DNA of 64,000 nucleotides, taken from the NCBI GenBank assembly GCA_963664115.2, contig CAXWPJ010000009.1:1184001-1248000 (forward strand), read 5' to 3'. Shown here piece after piece: positions 20,339-30,498 of the stretch; position 1 is the stretch's first letter, and each line of letters opens with the position of its first letter. Both the position numbers and the translations under genes were made by a program. The DNA comes from Terriglobia bacterium (lineage in GTDB: Bacteria > Acidobacteriota > Terriglobia > 20CM-2-55-15). The notes beneath the pieces were generated by a model. It was not told the origin of the DNA. It did not search any database and saw only the letters and a program-made list of their open reading frames with translations.

Positions 20339-21039
20339 AAGTCGGCGTCATCCAGTCAAATTATGTCCCGTGGCGCGGATACTTCGATTTCATTGACTCG
20401 GTCGATCTCTTCGTCTTCCATGATGATCTGCAGTACACCAAAAGCGATTGGCGCAATCGAAACAGAATCGTGACGCCACAGGGTCTACGCTGGATAACGG
20501 TTCCTGTTAATTACAGGAAAGTGAGTCAACGGATCGATGAGGTGTCGGTGGACTACAGCCAGAACTGGGCGATGCGCCATATCCGCCAAATTGAGGCCCA
20601 TTACCGACGGGCGCCATTCTTCCAGACCTACATCGACGAATTTTCCGAAATTATCAGTCAGGAATTTTCGAGTATCTCTCAGTTGAACGTCGCACTCAGC
20701 AAGTGGGTCATGCAGGTGTTGGATATCCGCACACCCACGATGATGTCCAGCGAGCTGAAGCTGACCGGGAGCAAGAGCGAGAGGCTCATTCTGTTGCTCC
20801 ATAGTGTGGGTGGAACAAGTTATCTATCAGGTCCAAGCGCCGCTGAGTATTTGGATCTGAAACTTTTTGACAGACATGGTATTCGAGTGGAGTACAAGGA
20901 TTATTCCTACCCCTCTTACCAGCAGCTCGCCGACCCGTTTTCGGGAGAGGCATCCATTCTTGATCTGCTTTTCAACACCGGCCCTGAGGCTCACCGGTAT
21001 CTGAAGAGCTGTGCCCCCGATCGCCTTGCGGCTGCCTGA
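20335..21039 (+). CDS. WbqC-family protein
   Basis: IQSNYVPWRGYF, DDLQY, WRNRNRI, YLSGPSA, SILDLLFN. Confidence 0.9.
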   Translation: MKVGVIQSNYVPWRGYFDFIDSVDLFVFHDDLQYTKSDWRNRNRIVTPQGLRWITVPVNYRKVSQRIDEVSVDYSQNWAMRHIRQIEAHYRRAPFFQTYIDEFSEIISQEFSSISQLNVALSKWVMQVLDIRTPTMMSSELKLTGSKSERLILLLHSVGGTSYLSGPSAAEYLDLKLFDRHGIRVEYKDYSYPSYQQLADPFSGEASILDLLFNTGPEAHRYLKSCAPDRLAAA

Positions 21040-21044
21040 GCAAC

Positions 21045-22586
21045 ATGCGCGAATTGCTTAATGGTTTGCGTTCCCTAGAGAGGGCTTTACCTCCCGGCGA
21101 GATTGAAGCAGGAATGGAATTGCCCGATGACTGTGCCACCAAGATCGTTGCCATTCTGTCTGACACTAATTTCGTGCGCTTGCGTGAGGAGCACCAATTT
21201 TCATTCTTGGACTTTGTCCAGACGGCCTATGAGCGCACGCAGCATCCCTCGGCGCACCGGCTGGCTGCTGCCCTGCAAGGGGTTTTTCAGGTCCATCTCC
21301 AGAGTGGGCAGGTGACTCTCAGCCGGCTGCTCAAGACCTATGATTTCCTATATTTCTTGTACTGGAGCGCCGCCGTTTCAATCGAACAGCAGCGTGGTTT
21401 TGACAACGGAGTAGTGCGCCCGTTTTCCCGATACCTTCGGCGAAGCCCTTCTTCACGCGATAACGGCCGAGATATCGTGAGTCATCCACAGTCTCAAGAG
21501 AATCGGCAAATTCGTCTCTGCTACATGGCAGAGTTCGTCTATGACGATGGCGCCAACGCACTGGCTACGGTGATGAGAAACCTGTTTGCCGGCATGTCGA
21601 AATATTGTGGCAGCGACTATGAACTGTTCCTGTATGCATGGAAGCACAAATCCCAGGAACTCGTTGACAGCATCAAGGCACTTGGCGTTAAGGTGCGCAG
21701 CTTTGACCTCAGCGAGTATTCGGATAAAGAGCTGCTGGATTTGAGGCAGTCGTTTGCTTGCGACGAGATTGATGTTGTGATCACGGATATGAACTCTGCC
21801 GTGCCGCATTACCTGTTTGAGAACCGGGTCGCACCGGTCCAGATTTTCTATCAGTTGGGGCTTCCGTTCTGGCGGCTCCAGAATCTGGACGGCGTGTTTC
21901 AAGGATGGCAGATATCTCCGGAAAGGTTGGGCTTCATGCCCGAGCGATGTTTTACGATGGGGGCGCCCGAGTCGTTGCGGGACTCGAACCCGTCAGTGGA
22001 TCCGGCAAGAGTGCAGGCCGAACGACATCGGTTCCCAAGAAGCGAGTCCGTTGTCGGTTTCTACGGTAGATTGGTCAAGATCACCGCCGAGCACTGCGCC
22101 ATCGCCCGGCAAATTCTGGAGCGCAATCCCAGCACGATAGTCGTCCTCGGCGGTACGGGAAACGCCAGCTCGATTGTGCGATTCATTGAGGAAAACCAGC
22201 TCGAGGACCGTATGTTTGTCGTCAACGAGCAAGTTGATGGTCACGTCTGGGGGCACATTCTGGATGTCTTTCTGGATACGTTTCCACTACTGGGAGGATA
22301 CTCGTGCCGCGAGGTTATGGCTAAGGGCAAGCCTGTGGTTTATGTGCCGAGCGATGAGATGCCCAACCTCGGCACGCTACGCGATCCCGAATTGCGGTCT
22401 TCCGATGCTGAGGAGTATGTCGCACATGTCTCACGTCTCCTCAATGATCCTGATCACTATCGCCGGGCGAGCGAACGAGCGATCGCAATGGCGCCACCGC
22501 CCGATGCCGAGGCATTCGCCAGGAAATTCGATGCCGCAGTTAAGAAAGCGATTGCCACGTGCGATATCCCCGTATTGGCTTCCTGA
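21045..22586 (+). CDS. GT41/O-GlcNAc-transferase-like GT-B protein
   Basis: RVAPVQI, FYGRLVKI, DVFLDTFPLLGG...E.MAKGKPVV, EEYV. Confidence 0.65.
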   Translation: MRELLNGLRSLERALPPGEIEAGMELPDDCATKIVAILSDTNFVRLREEHQFSFLDFVQTAYERTQHPSAHRLAAALQGVFQVHLQSGQVTLSRLLKTYDFLYFLYWSAAVSIEQQRGFDNGVVRPFSRYLRRSPSSRDNGRDIVSHPQSQENRQIRLCYMAEFVYDDGANALATVMRNLFAGMSKYCGSDYELFLYAWKHKSQELVDSIKALGVKVRSFDLSEYSDKELLDLRQSFACDEIDVVITDMNSAVPHYLFENRVAPVQIFYQLGLPFWRLQNLDGVFQGWQISPERLGFMPERCFTMGAPESLRDSNPSVDPARVQAERHRFPRSESVVGFYGRLVKITAEHCAIARQILERNPSTIVVLGGTGNASSIVRFIEENQLEDRMFVVNEQVDGHVWGHILDVFLDTFPLLGGYSCREVMAKGKPVVYVPSDEMPNLGTLRDPELRSSDAEEYVAHVSRLLNDPDHYRRASERAIAMAPPPDAEAFARKFDAAVKKAIATCDIPVLAS

Positions 22587-22597
22587 GACGCCTTTTC

Positions 22598-22836
22598 GCC
22601 AGAGATCATTAGCCACACCGTCTGCCTCCTACGATCGGTTTGGCCTCAGCCGGCAGCCCTTGCTCACCTCGACTGTCGACGAGGAGAGGCCCGCGGCAGA
22701 GGACCTGGTTTTTCCAACAGATTGACTTCCAGGACAATCAGATGGCCAAAGCGTTGACAACTTGGAAAGGGCCTGTCCTCGCCGCCCAGCCAATTCAGCG
22801 GGTTAGCTGCCACATCAGATTGGCAGTCTAATTGCG
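22598..22836 (+). repeat. Copy 1 of a ~240-bp dispersed non-coding element ending in a sigma54-like site
   Basis: Collinear blocks shared with 29278-29527; TTGGCAGTCTAATTGC at 22820-22835. Confidence 0.7.
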
Positions 22837-22849
22837 TATTTCGAGGCTT

Positions 22850-24091
22850 ATGAGTAGTCCATACTCCAGAACTGAGTCCATTGTTGAACCCGAAGACATC
22901 GGCCGCTTCCCGCGCGTGGCTTTGAAAACCGACAACCCAATCGCCGTCAATAGCGTTGATCACCTGTATCCACTAGGGACGATGCAGGACAATTTTCGTT
23001 CACCTGCATTTACCAATAAGCTGATTGATCTTTACTCGGGTCTGCCGATGACAGTTCTCGATATTGGATGCGCCGGTGGTGGGTTTGTTAAGGAAGTGAA
23101 CGAATTCGGATTTCTCGGTGTGGGACTGGAGGGAAGCGATTATTCTCTGCGGCACCGCCGCGCTGAGTGGGCAACGATTCCGGATCGGCTGTTCACCTGC
23201 GATTGTACGAAACCTTTTTCACTGAGTTTTGAAGAGACAGAAAAGAAAAGCCCCGCAAAATTCGATGTCGTGACAGCATGGGAGTTTCTGGAACACATCA
23301 AAGAAGAAGACCTCAGTACAGTCTTTGAGAACGTAGCTTCTCATCTGAATCCGGAGACCGGAATTTTTGTTGCGTCAGTACACCTGCATTCATGCGAGTC
23401 GGAAGGTCATGAGTATCACGCGACCGTCAAGCCGGAGTGGTGGTGGCGCGACGTGTTCAGGAAGCACGGATTCTACATCATCGACCGTGCCCTGGACTAT
23501 TTCGACGAAGATTGGGTTCGTGGCTATCAGGACGATCAGGATGCAATCGGCACGTGCCATATCGTGGGCGCATTGCGCCACGATTCTGAAATCGTTCAGA
23601 GAATCGATCGAGCAGCATGCTCTAGTTTTGAGCATGGACATGTTGTCGCGACGGAACTCCGGCGAATAGCGAAATCAGCCTTCGAAAAGATTGAGTCGCT
23701 GGAGGGAATCGTTCAGCATCAGGCGCAGGGTTTTGTGGAAATCTCATTGCCCCAACTGCCAACCGTAGCGGCTCACGTCGTGGCTCGGTGCCGCGCGGAG
23801 CAATGGAAACACATCGCTCTTTATGGAGCCGGCAGCCACTCGGCCATGTTGATTCCCCTCTTGCGAAGCCTTGGCGGGCCATCGATCGAATCGATTCTCG
23901 TTTCCAGGCGGAATGAGGACAGCTTTGATGGTATTCCACTTGTTGAAGTTGGCAAAGCGCTGCCCGCCCTGGTGCAGGCGATTGTTCCATCGTCCCACCA
24001 ATCTGAGGCCAGTATGAAGCTGGCAGCTCGGGCCGCGTACCCGAAGATCCCATGGGTATTTCTGTGGAATCCGGATGAGGAACTGGGGTGA
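22850..24091 (+). CDS. Class I SAM methyltransferase with C-terminal Rossmann-like domain
   Basis: VLDIGCAGGG, FDVVTAWEFLEH; IALYGAGSH. Confidence 0.82.
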   Translation: MSSPYSRTESIVEPEDIGRFPRVALKTDNPIAVNSVDHLYPLGTMQDNFRSPAFTNKLIDLYSGLPMTVLDIGCAGGGFVKEVNEFGFLGVGLEGSDYSLRHRRAEWATIPDRLFTCDCTKPFSLSFEETEKKSPAKFDVVTAWEFLEHIKEEDLSTVFENVASHLNPETGIFVASVHLHSCESEGHEYHATVKPEWWWRDVFRKHGFYIIDRALDYFDEDWVRGYQDDQDAIGTCHIVGALRHDSEIVQRIDRAACSSFEHGHVVATELRRIAKSAFEKIESLEGIVQHQAQGFVEISLPQLPTVAAHVVARCRAEQWKHIALYGAGSHSAMLIPLLRSLGGPSIESILVSRRNEDSFDGIPLVEVGKALPALVQAIVPSSHQSEASMKLAARAAYPKIPWVFLWNPDEELG

Positions 24092-24289
24092 TAACGAGCG
24101 AAAGAACTCCGCGCTCTTCCTGATCCAGTGGCTTTCCGCTGGTCATTGTCCCGCGTTTGGCGACCAATTCCGGCACCGCCAAATCGTCTGTACCTACCAA
24201 GAAACTCATCGAGTCTGAAAATTGTCGCGATGTATGGCTCTGCGTCCATCGATCGCTCGCGCCGAGCAACGTCCCGAGTGCAGCACAGC

Positions 24290-25449
24290 TAGTGGTCCCC
24301 GTTAAACAGACTGTAACTTATCAAGATTTCGCCGGCCGCGCTGGACTTTAGCAAGGATGTCGGAAGCCGTTGCAGTCCAGATGAAGGGTTTCGGGTCTTC
24401 ATTGTGACGAGCGAGGTAGTCCTCCACGGCCTGGATCAACTCGGGGACCGAGCGGAAAACGCCACGCCGGAGTCGTTGCTCGGACAGATCCCGGAAAAAG
24501 CGCTCGACCATGTTGAGCCACGACGCACTGGTTGGCGTGAAGTGCACATGAAAACGCTTGTTACGCTTGAGCCAGTTGACGACTTTCTGATGTTTGTGAG
24601 TCGCATAGTTGTCGCAAATAATGTGGATCTCCTTATCTTTCGGCATGGCGCGTTTGATCTGATTCAGAAACCGGATCCATTCCTGATGGCGATGCTTTGG
24701 CATGCAGGTTCCGATGACCGAACCGTCCAGGATGTTGAGCGCGGCGAAAAGCGTGGTTGTCCCGTTACGTTTGTAATCGTGGGTCATGGTGCCACACCGC
24801 CCCTTCTTCAGAGGTAACCCGGGTTGCGTGCGGTCCAGGGCCTGCATCTGGCTCTTCTCATCGCAGGACAAGACAATGGCGTTTTCCGGTGGGCTCAGAT
24901 ACAGACCGACCACATCCTCCAGCTTTTCGGCGAATCGTTTGTCGTTGGATAGTTTGAAGGTTCGTGACAGATGAGGCTTCAGTCCATGGACCCGCCAGAT
25001 TTTCCCGACCGTGGACTCGCTCACGCCAACGGCCTTCGCCATCGAGGCCCGACTCCAGTGCGTCGCGTTCGGGGGCTTCTCTTCCAGTGTCTTCTTGACG
25101 ATCCGGGCTCGCTTCCGGCGACTGATCGTGGGAATCCGTCCGCTTCGCGGCGCATCCTTTTCGATCCCAGCCAAGCCCTGTTCCACAAAACGATTGCGCC
25201 AGCGGCCCGCTTTCTGGCGCGTGATCTCCAAGCGGGCGGCGATCTCATAATTGTTCCGACCTTCAGCGGCCAGTAATACAATTCGGGATCGTTCCGCCAA
25301 CCGGACCGATGTACTCCGGCTTCGACTCAGTCGCTCCAACTCCATCCGCTGCTTGTCATCCAATTCAATGGTCGGTGCTTTCCTCATTCTCTATTGGACG
25401 TTGGAAAGCTATTTTATTTTAGTTACATTACTTCGAGCGGGGTACACTA
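24290..25449 (-). mobile_element. IS630-family insertion sequence (transposase 24302-25387)
   Basis: DEKSQMQAL, DYKRNGT, DNYATH, SWLNMVERFF; IRs TAGTGGTCCCCG..TGTAACT / TAGTGTACCCCG..TGTAACT; CTAG at both ends. Confidence 0.94.
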
Positions 25450-25739
25450 GCGTCTGAGTGTGCGTCGATTCGGCCAATTGGCAATCCTACTGGAGGCAGG
25501 ATGAATCCCGGATGGTGTGGTCTGTGATACAGCGTGCCACCCACTCTAACGTTGGGAATGCCGGAACGCCCGGCGAACATGACACGATCGTTTGCAACCA
25601 ACAATTCCTCCCAATACATGCGGCTGGTCACAATGCTGTCAGGGTTGCTGAACGGGACGGAAGGTGGTGTACTATTTTGTACATGATCGATGAGGCTGAC
25701 GATTGATACCTTGCCTGATAGAAAGAATCGAGGTTCTGA

Positions 25740-26450
25740 ATGGATTACGCTCAACTCTACAAGACCGCCTTCCAGAGTGAGCCCGACGGTCCGCCAGCCT
25801 GGATTCGATTCCCTTTCCCTTGGGGGTCTCCCGAAGCGTTGGAGCTCCAAGCGACCATCTGGAAAATAGAGAGCCGTATGTGGAAACAGTTTTTGACGAA
25901 CGTCCACGATACCTTGATTGAAGGGGATCTGTTGGAATTCGGCGTGTCTGTAGGAAATAGCCTCGAACAATTGATCCAGTACTCAGAAGAGATCGGACTG
26001 AAGATCAATATTTACGGATTCGATAGTTTTGAAGGGCTACCTGAGCCTTCCTCTCTTGACGCCCCTTATTGGCAAAAGGGTCAGTTCGCCGCCGATTACG
26101 AATCCGTCTTGGAGCGGTTGAAAGCGAAATCTCGCCCTAGTGTTTCCCTCGTCAAGGGCTGGTTTTCAGATACGCTGGCGCGTCCTGACATCCGGGCGAA
26201 CATAACCTCCGTCGCCTTTGCCCGGATTGACTGCGACCTTTATCAGCCAGCTGCTGAATGTTTGGAATTTCTTGAGGGTCGGCTTGTGGATGGCGCCTAC
26301 CTGTGCTTTGACGATTGGACAGATAACCCGAACACCGGCGAGACGCGAGCATTCTTTGAATTCTTCGATAGGACGAAGTGCAAGTTCAGATTCGATCTGC
26401 TCTGCCGAATTTCTCTCGGCGGCATGCATATGCGCGTGTTCCATATTTAA
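25740..26450 (+). CDS. TylF/MycF/NovP-like O-methyltransferase (copy 1)
   Basis: LEFGVSVGNS, GFDSFEGLP, VKGWFSDTL, IDCDLY, FDDW. Confidence 0.88.
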   Translation: MDYAQLYKTAFQSEPDGPPAWIRFPFPWGSPEALELQATIWKIESRMWKQFLTNVHDTLIEGDLLEFGVSVGNSLEQLIQYSEEIGLKINIYGFDSFEGLPEPSSLDAPYWQKGQFAADYESVLERLKAKSRPSVSLVKGWFSDTLARPDIRANITSVAFARIDCDLYQPAAECLEFLEGRLVDGAYLCFDDWTDNPNTGETRAFFEFFDRTKCKFRFDLLCRISLGGMHMRVFHI

Positions 26451-26828
26451 TCGTGAAGTCGGTCACCGCAGGATTTCTATGCGACAGTGCTAGAATTTGA
26501 GAAACTGCAGGTCGAAATCCATTCCATACCTCTTCCCAATCTTCCTGTACCTTCGTTCCAATGACGGAAGCGTAGTGGGTGGATAGTCAAAACAAAAGCA
26601 CTTTTGCAGTGAAGGCGAGATTAGGTTGTGGCGATTTCATCGCTCGATCAAGGTGAACACCGCCGCCGAGACTGCGTCACAGAGAATCAACGTCATCCTG
26701 AACTATTTTGAAGACCCGAAGGATTGAGTGCCGCTGCCGCAAAGCAGTTGATTCCTCCCTGCCTACCACTGAAATCCATGCTCAAGTCCAGTAAATATTG
26801 TCGGAAATTGACCGCTTGGACGTGTAGA

Positions 26829-26849
26829 GTTCGATTCCCGCCGCCTCCA
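26829..26849 (+). other. tmRNA 3'-end-like fragment (probable att scar)
   Basis: GTTCGATTCCCGCCGCCTCCA matches the typical ssrA T-loop and acceptor 3' strand; no 5' part present. Confidence 0.6.
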
Positions 26850-26956
26850 TTTCCATCTGTGACACGCCACGACGACTGTAGGTGCGAGAGTGCCCACCTA
26901 CCCCAGCGGAGAATCCCGAGAAGGAGGCTCGCCGCTTGAAGGGCCCATCGATACGC

Positions 26957-27610
26957 TTAAGATTGCTGCCCTAGGAAGTTGCCTTCATGCTCCGGCGTGT
27001 TCAGATCCGAAGGATTATTGAACTCAATTCTCGCAGGCACTTGATAGGAATCGAGACCGGGATCCTGAGGCAAGTAGCCGTTACGTTCCAGCCAGTCTAA
27101 GATTCGGCGCGTGCTTTCTTCGATGGTTTGTTGATCGGTGTGAACCACTATATCCGCTCGCTTCGGTGGTTCGTAAGGATCCGAAACCCCTGTGAAGTTG
27201 GATATCACTCCGTCGAGCGCCTTCCGATAGAGACCTTTGACATCCCTTGCGATCAGAGTATCGAGGGAACACTCCACGTAGACTTCAACAAACCGGCTTG
27301 AATCGTGGTCGGCACGGACTGCGTCGCGCGTGGTGCGGTACGGAGAAATCGCCGCTACGATCGTACACACTCCGTTACGGCTGAGTAAGTTCGCGACGAA
27401 GCCGATACGCCTGACGTTTGTATTTCGGTCCTCCTTGCTGAAACCGAGGCCCTTGGACAAGGTTTCCCGCACCAAGTCGCCGTCCAGCAATTCAACAGAT
27501 AGTCCTTTGAAATGTAGTCTTTTCACGATCTCACAGGCAAGACTGCTCTTCCCAGCACCAGACAGGCCTGTGAGCCACAGCGTCCAACCGGAATCGGGCT
27601 CTTGCTCCAT
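26957..27610 (-). CDS. cysC: Adenylyl-sulfate kinase (start uncertain; frame open to 27736)
   Basis: WLTGLSGAGKS, LLDGD, LGFSKEDR, RDVKGLY, FTGVSDPYEPP. Confidence 0.93.
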   Translation of the reverse strand: MEQEPDSGWTLWLTGLSGAGKSSLACEIVKRLHFKGLSVELLDGDLVRETLSKGLGFSKEDRNTNVRRIGFVANLLSRNGVCTIVAAISPYRTTRDAVRADHDSSRFVEVYVECSLDTLIARDVKGLYRKALDGVISNFTGVSDPYEPPKRADIVVHTDQQTIEESTRRILDWLERNGYLPQDPGLDSYQVPARIEFNNPSDLNTPEHEGNFLGQQS

Positions 27611-27987
27611 CAGTCGCCTATGCTCTCCGGCCTCGTCTCTGGGTTCTTCGTTTTCTACAAGTCCGTTCATATCATTCAACAATGCAATTGAAAAACCAAA
27701 GATCCGAGTTTGGAGCATCGTACTAACCTCATCCAAATAAGAACCTTATCCGTCATAGGGGCATTCTCAGAGTCCAAGCCTGAAAAGCGGAGTCAAAAAC
27801 GTGACGGCCGTCGGCAACTCCTGGCCGAGGAGGTCTTACTGACGCTCCTTCCGAAAGCGACGATTTCCCAGAAACGATTGGTCTCTAAACGGGGGGAACG
27901 CCAAAACTCTGGAAACTCTACTTTAGAACTCTCTACTTGACGGGGAAGCTTACGCGGTCATACGCATCGAACGTTCCAGTGGTGGAG

Positions 27988-29247
27988 AGAGGTGGACCCC
28001 ATACGTTGGACAGCGTGGCAGCCAATTTAAGGTGGATTCCGCGGTTCATGTTTATGCTGCCGAGGTCAGTGGCCGTGTTCCCGCGTAGGCTTCGCTCGGC
28101 GTGAGATCGTCGAGTTTGGAATGCGGGCGGTCGTTATTGTAATAGTTCATCCAGACACCTATGTGGTGCCGGGCATCTTTGAAGTCACTGAAGGCGTTTA
28201 GATAAACGCATTCGTATTTGATCGAGCGCCATAGGCGTTCGATGAAAACGTTGTCGATCCATTGCCCCTTGCCGTCCATGGAGATCCGGATACCTCGTTC
28301 TTTAAGTCGGTCCGTCCAGGCCTTGCTGGTGAACTGGCTGCCCTGATCGGTGTTGAAGATTTCCGGACTGCCGTATTCCTCGATCGCCTCGTCGAGGGCT
28401 TCAAGGCAAAACGTCGTGTCCTGGGTGTTGGACAGCCGCCAGGACAACACCTTCCGCGTATGCCAGTCCATGATCGCGACCAGATATAAGAATCCGTGCG
28501 CCATCGGGATATACGTCACGTCGGTAGACCACGCTTGATTCGCCCGCTCCACGGCAATGTCGTTGAGTAGATATGGGTACACCGGATGAGCCGGGTTTCT
28601 CCGGGACGTCTGCGGTGCCACCGAGCGCAGCCCCATCAACCGCATTAGTCGGCGTACCCGCTTCCGGCCCACATCGTAGCCGAGACGTTTCAGATGACGC
28701 GTCATCTGCCTGGACCCATACCAGGGCATCTTCAGATACGCCTCGTCGATCACGCGCATCAGGTCCAGATTGCGATCACTCTCACCCCGTGGCCGATAGT
28801 ACCAACTCGAACGGCTCAACCCGATCAAGTCGCATTGCCGGACCACACTGAGCTGCTCATGGCCCGGTTCGACCACCTCGCGCCTTCGACCCAAGCTCAT
28901 CGATTGAAGGCTCGTGCTAAAAAATCCCGTTCCACGACCAGTTCACCGATCTTGGCCTGCAGGTCTTTGATCTCGTCCTCGTGGTTCCGGGCCGATGGAT
29001 CCCGGCCTCGCTGGAATCCTTCTTTAACGCTATCAAGCGCATCACGCTTCCACTTCGTGATCATGTTCGGATGGATCTTGTACCGCGCCGCCAATTCGGC
29101 CATCGTGCCGTCGCCACGCATCGCGGCCAGCGCTACCTTCGCTTTGAAATCTGCTGAAAAATTCCGTCGTTTCGCCATCGTCGTTAGGTCCTCTCATCTA
29201 TGCAGAGTCCACCTTATAACGCTGTCCTAATTTTGGGGGCCACTTCA
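27988..29247 (-). mobile_element. IS3-family insertion sequence (orfA 28897-29178, orfB 28052-28900)
   Basis: 29-bp IRs (22/29 match); 3-bp target duplication GAG (27985-87 and 29248-50); DDE motifs WSTDVT, TDQGSQF, IERLWRS. Confidence 0.94.
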
Positions 29248-29277
29248 GAGCCAACTGGAATCAAAATGCATCTGTCG

Positions 29278-29527
29278 GCCAGAGATCACTCACCACGCCG
29301 TCTGCCCTCCCTACTGTCCGTCTAGCCCCGTGCTGTCTCTTCGGCCTTAGCAGGCAGCGCTTGCTCACCTCGACAGTCCCGGGGCGACCGTTGCGGCGAA
29401 AGATCTAAGAACTGGTTTTACTGAAATGCAACACTTTCAAAGCGTCGACAATCTGGGAAACGCCAGTCTCCGCCGCTTGACCGATTCAGCGAGTCAGAAG
29501 CCACACAAGATCGGCAGGCAAATTAGC
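29278..29527 (+). repeat. Copy 2 of the ~240-bp non-coding element, with no gene directly downstream
   Basis: Shares GCCAGAGATCA, CCGTCTGCC, CTTGCTCACCTCGAC, CAAAGCGT.GACAA, ATTCAGCG and GCCACA with 22598-22836. Confidence 0.7.
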
Positions 29528-29599
29528 CAGGGCCACCAGTTGTAACTTAAAGATTAATAAATGGATAGCGTTAGTGCGATTCCGGACCTTTTCAGAGGA

Positions 29600-30382
29600 C
29601 TACTTCGTTTGAGCCAAGACCTTTCGCACCGCCTCCTGGAGCGATACTGGGTGGGCGATGAGGCCGTTCATGAGGGGATTCTGGTTGTTGAATGACCTGG
29701 GATTACCATCGGGCGTGTAAGCGCCGCCGCCGGCCGCATTCATCAGAGCGACGCCGGCGGCGACGTCCCATTCGTTTTTGGGTTGGAGGGTCCAGGTGGC
29801 GTCGGCTTGGCCGGCCGCGACGAGGGCGAGTTTGTAGGCAATCGACCCTACGGGTTTGATCTTGAATCCGGCGCCCTTGAAAGGATCCCATTCGCCTCGG
29901 CGGAACTCGCTACGACTGGCAAGGACTGTTGCGCCGATCAGGTCCTGCCGGTCGCTCAATGTGACCGGATCGGCCTGGCAGGTCACGCCGTGGCCGAGTG
30001 CTCCGACGAACACTTCGCCTTTTTGCGGGTTACAGACGCCGCCGGCAATAGCGTGGCCGTCCTCGATGTAAGCGATGGAGATGGCCCATTCGGCAACGCC
30101 GGCTACGAACTCGCGCGTGCCGTCCAACGGGTCGATGATCCAGAGGCGACGATGGCCCAGACGGCTCCAATCGTCCGTAGTTTCTTCAGAGAACCAGCCT
30201 TCGTCTCCACGTGGAAGCGCCTCACGGAGTGCTTCGTCCAGTGCGCGATCCGCCTCCGTTACCGGATCGTCAACGCCTTTCCATTCTGCAGCGACGTCTC
30301 CCGGTGTGAATTCGCTGACGACATCACAGGCCTTATCGATGGCTTCGCGAATCCGTTCCAGGATGTGAACATCGGTTTTCAT
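29600..30382 (-). CDS. cysQ: 3'(2'),5'-bisphosphate nucleotidase CysQ / inositol monophosphatase family
   Basis: PVTEAD, FSEE, IIDPLDGTREF, ASRSE, EWDVAAG. Confidence 0.8.
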   Translation of the reverse strand: MKTDVHILERIREAIDKACDVVSEFTPGDVAAEWKGVDDPVTEADRALDEALREALPRGDEGWFSEETTDDWSRLGHRRLWIIDPLDGTREFVAGVAEWAISIAYIEDGHAIAGGVCNPQKGEVFVGALGHGVTCQADPVTLSDRQDLIGATVLASRSEFRRGEWDPFKGAGFKIKPVGSIAYKLALVAAGQADATWTLQPKNEWDVAAGVALMNAAGGGAYTPDGNPRSFNNQNPLMNGLIAHPVSLQEAVRKVLAQTK

Positions 30383-30498
30383 TGAGCTGCTGGAATGATC
30401 TCACGTACTGGTCCCTCGGTGTGAACCAGTGACCGATCGATCCCGTTCCCGTCACGGCCTGGATTGACACCCTTCTCCGCGAACCCTAACCTTAATCG

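Noticed and set aside
24092-25706. Gene interrupted by IS630
   Set aside because: Flanking short ORFs could not be joined into a recognisable protein.
27880-27903. Possible solo IS3-type end (GGTCTCTAAACGGGGGGAACGCCA)
   Set aside because: No partner repeat or transposase remnant identified.
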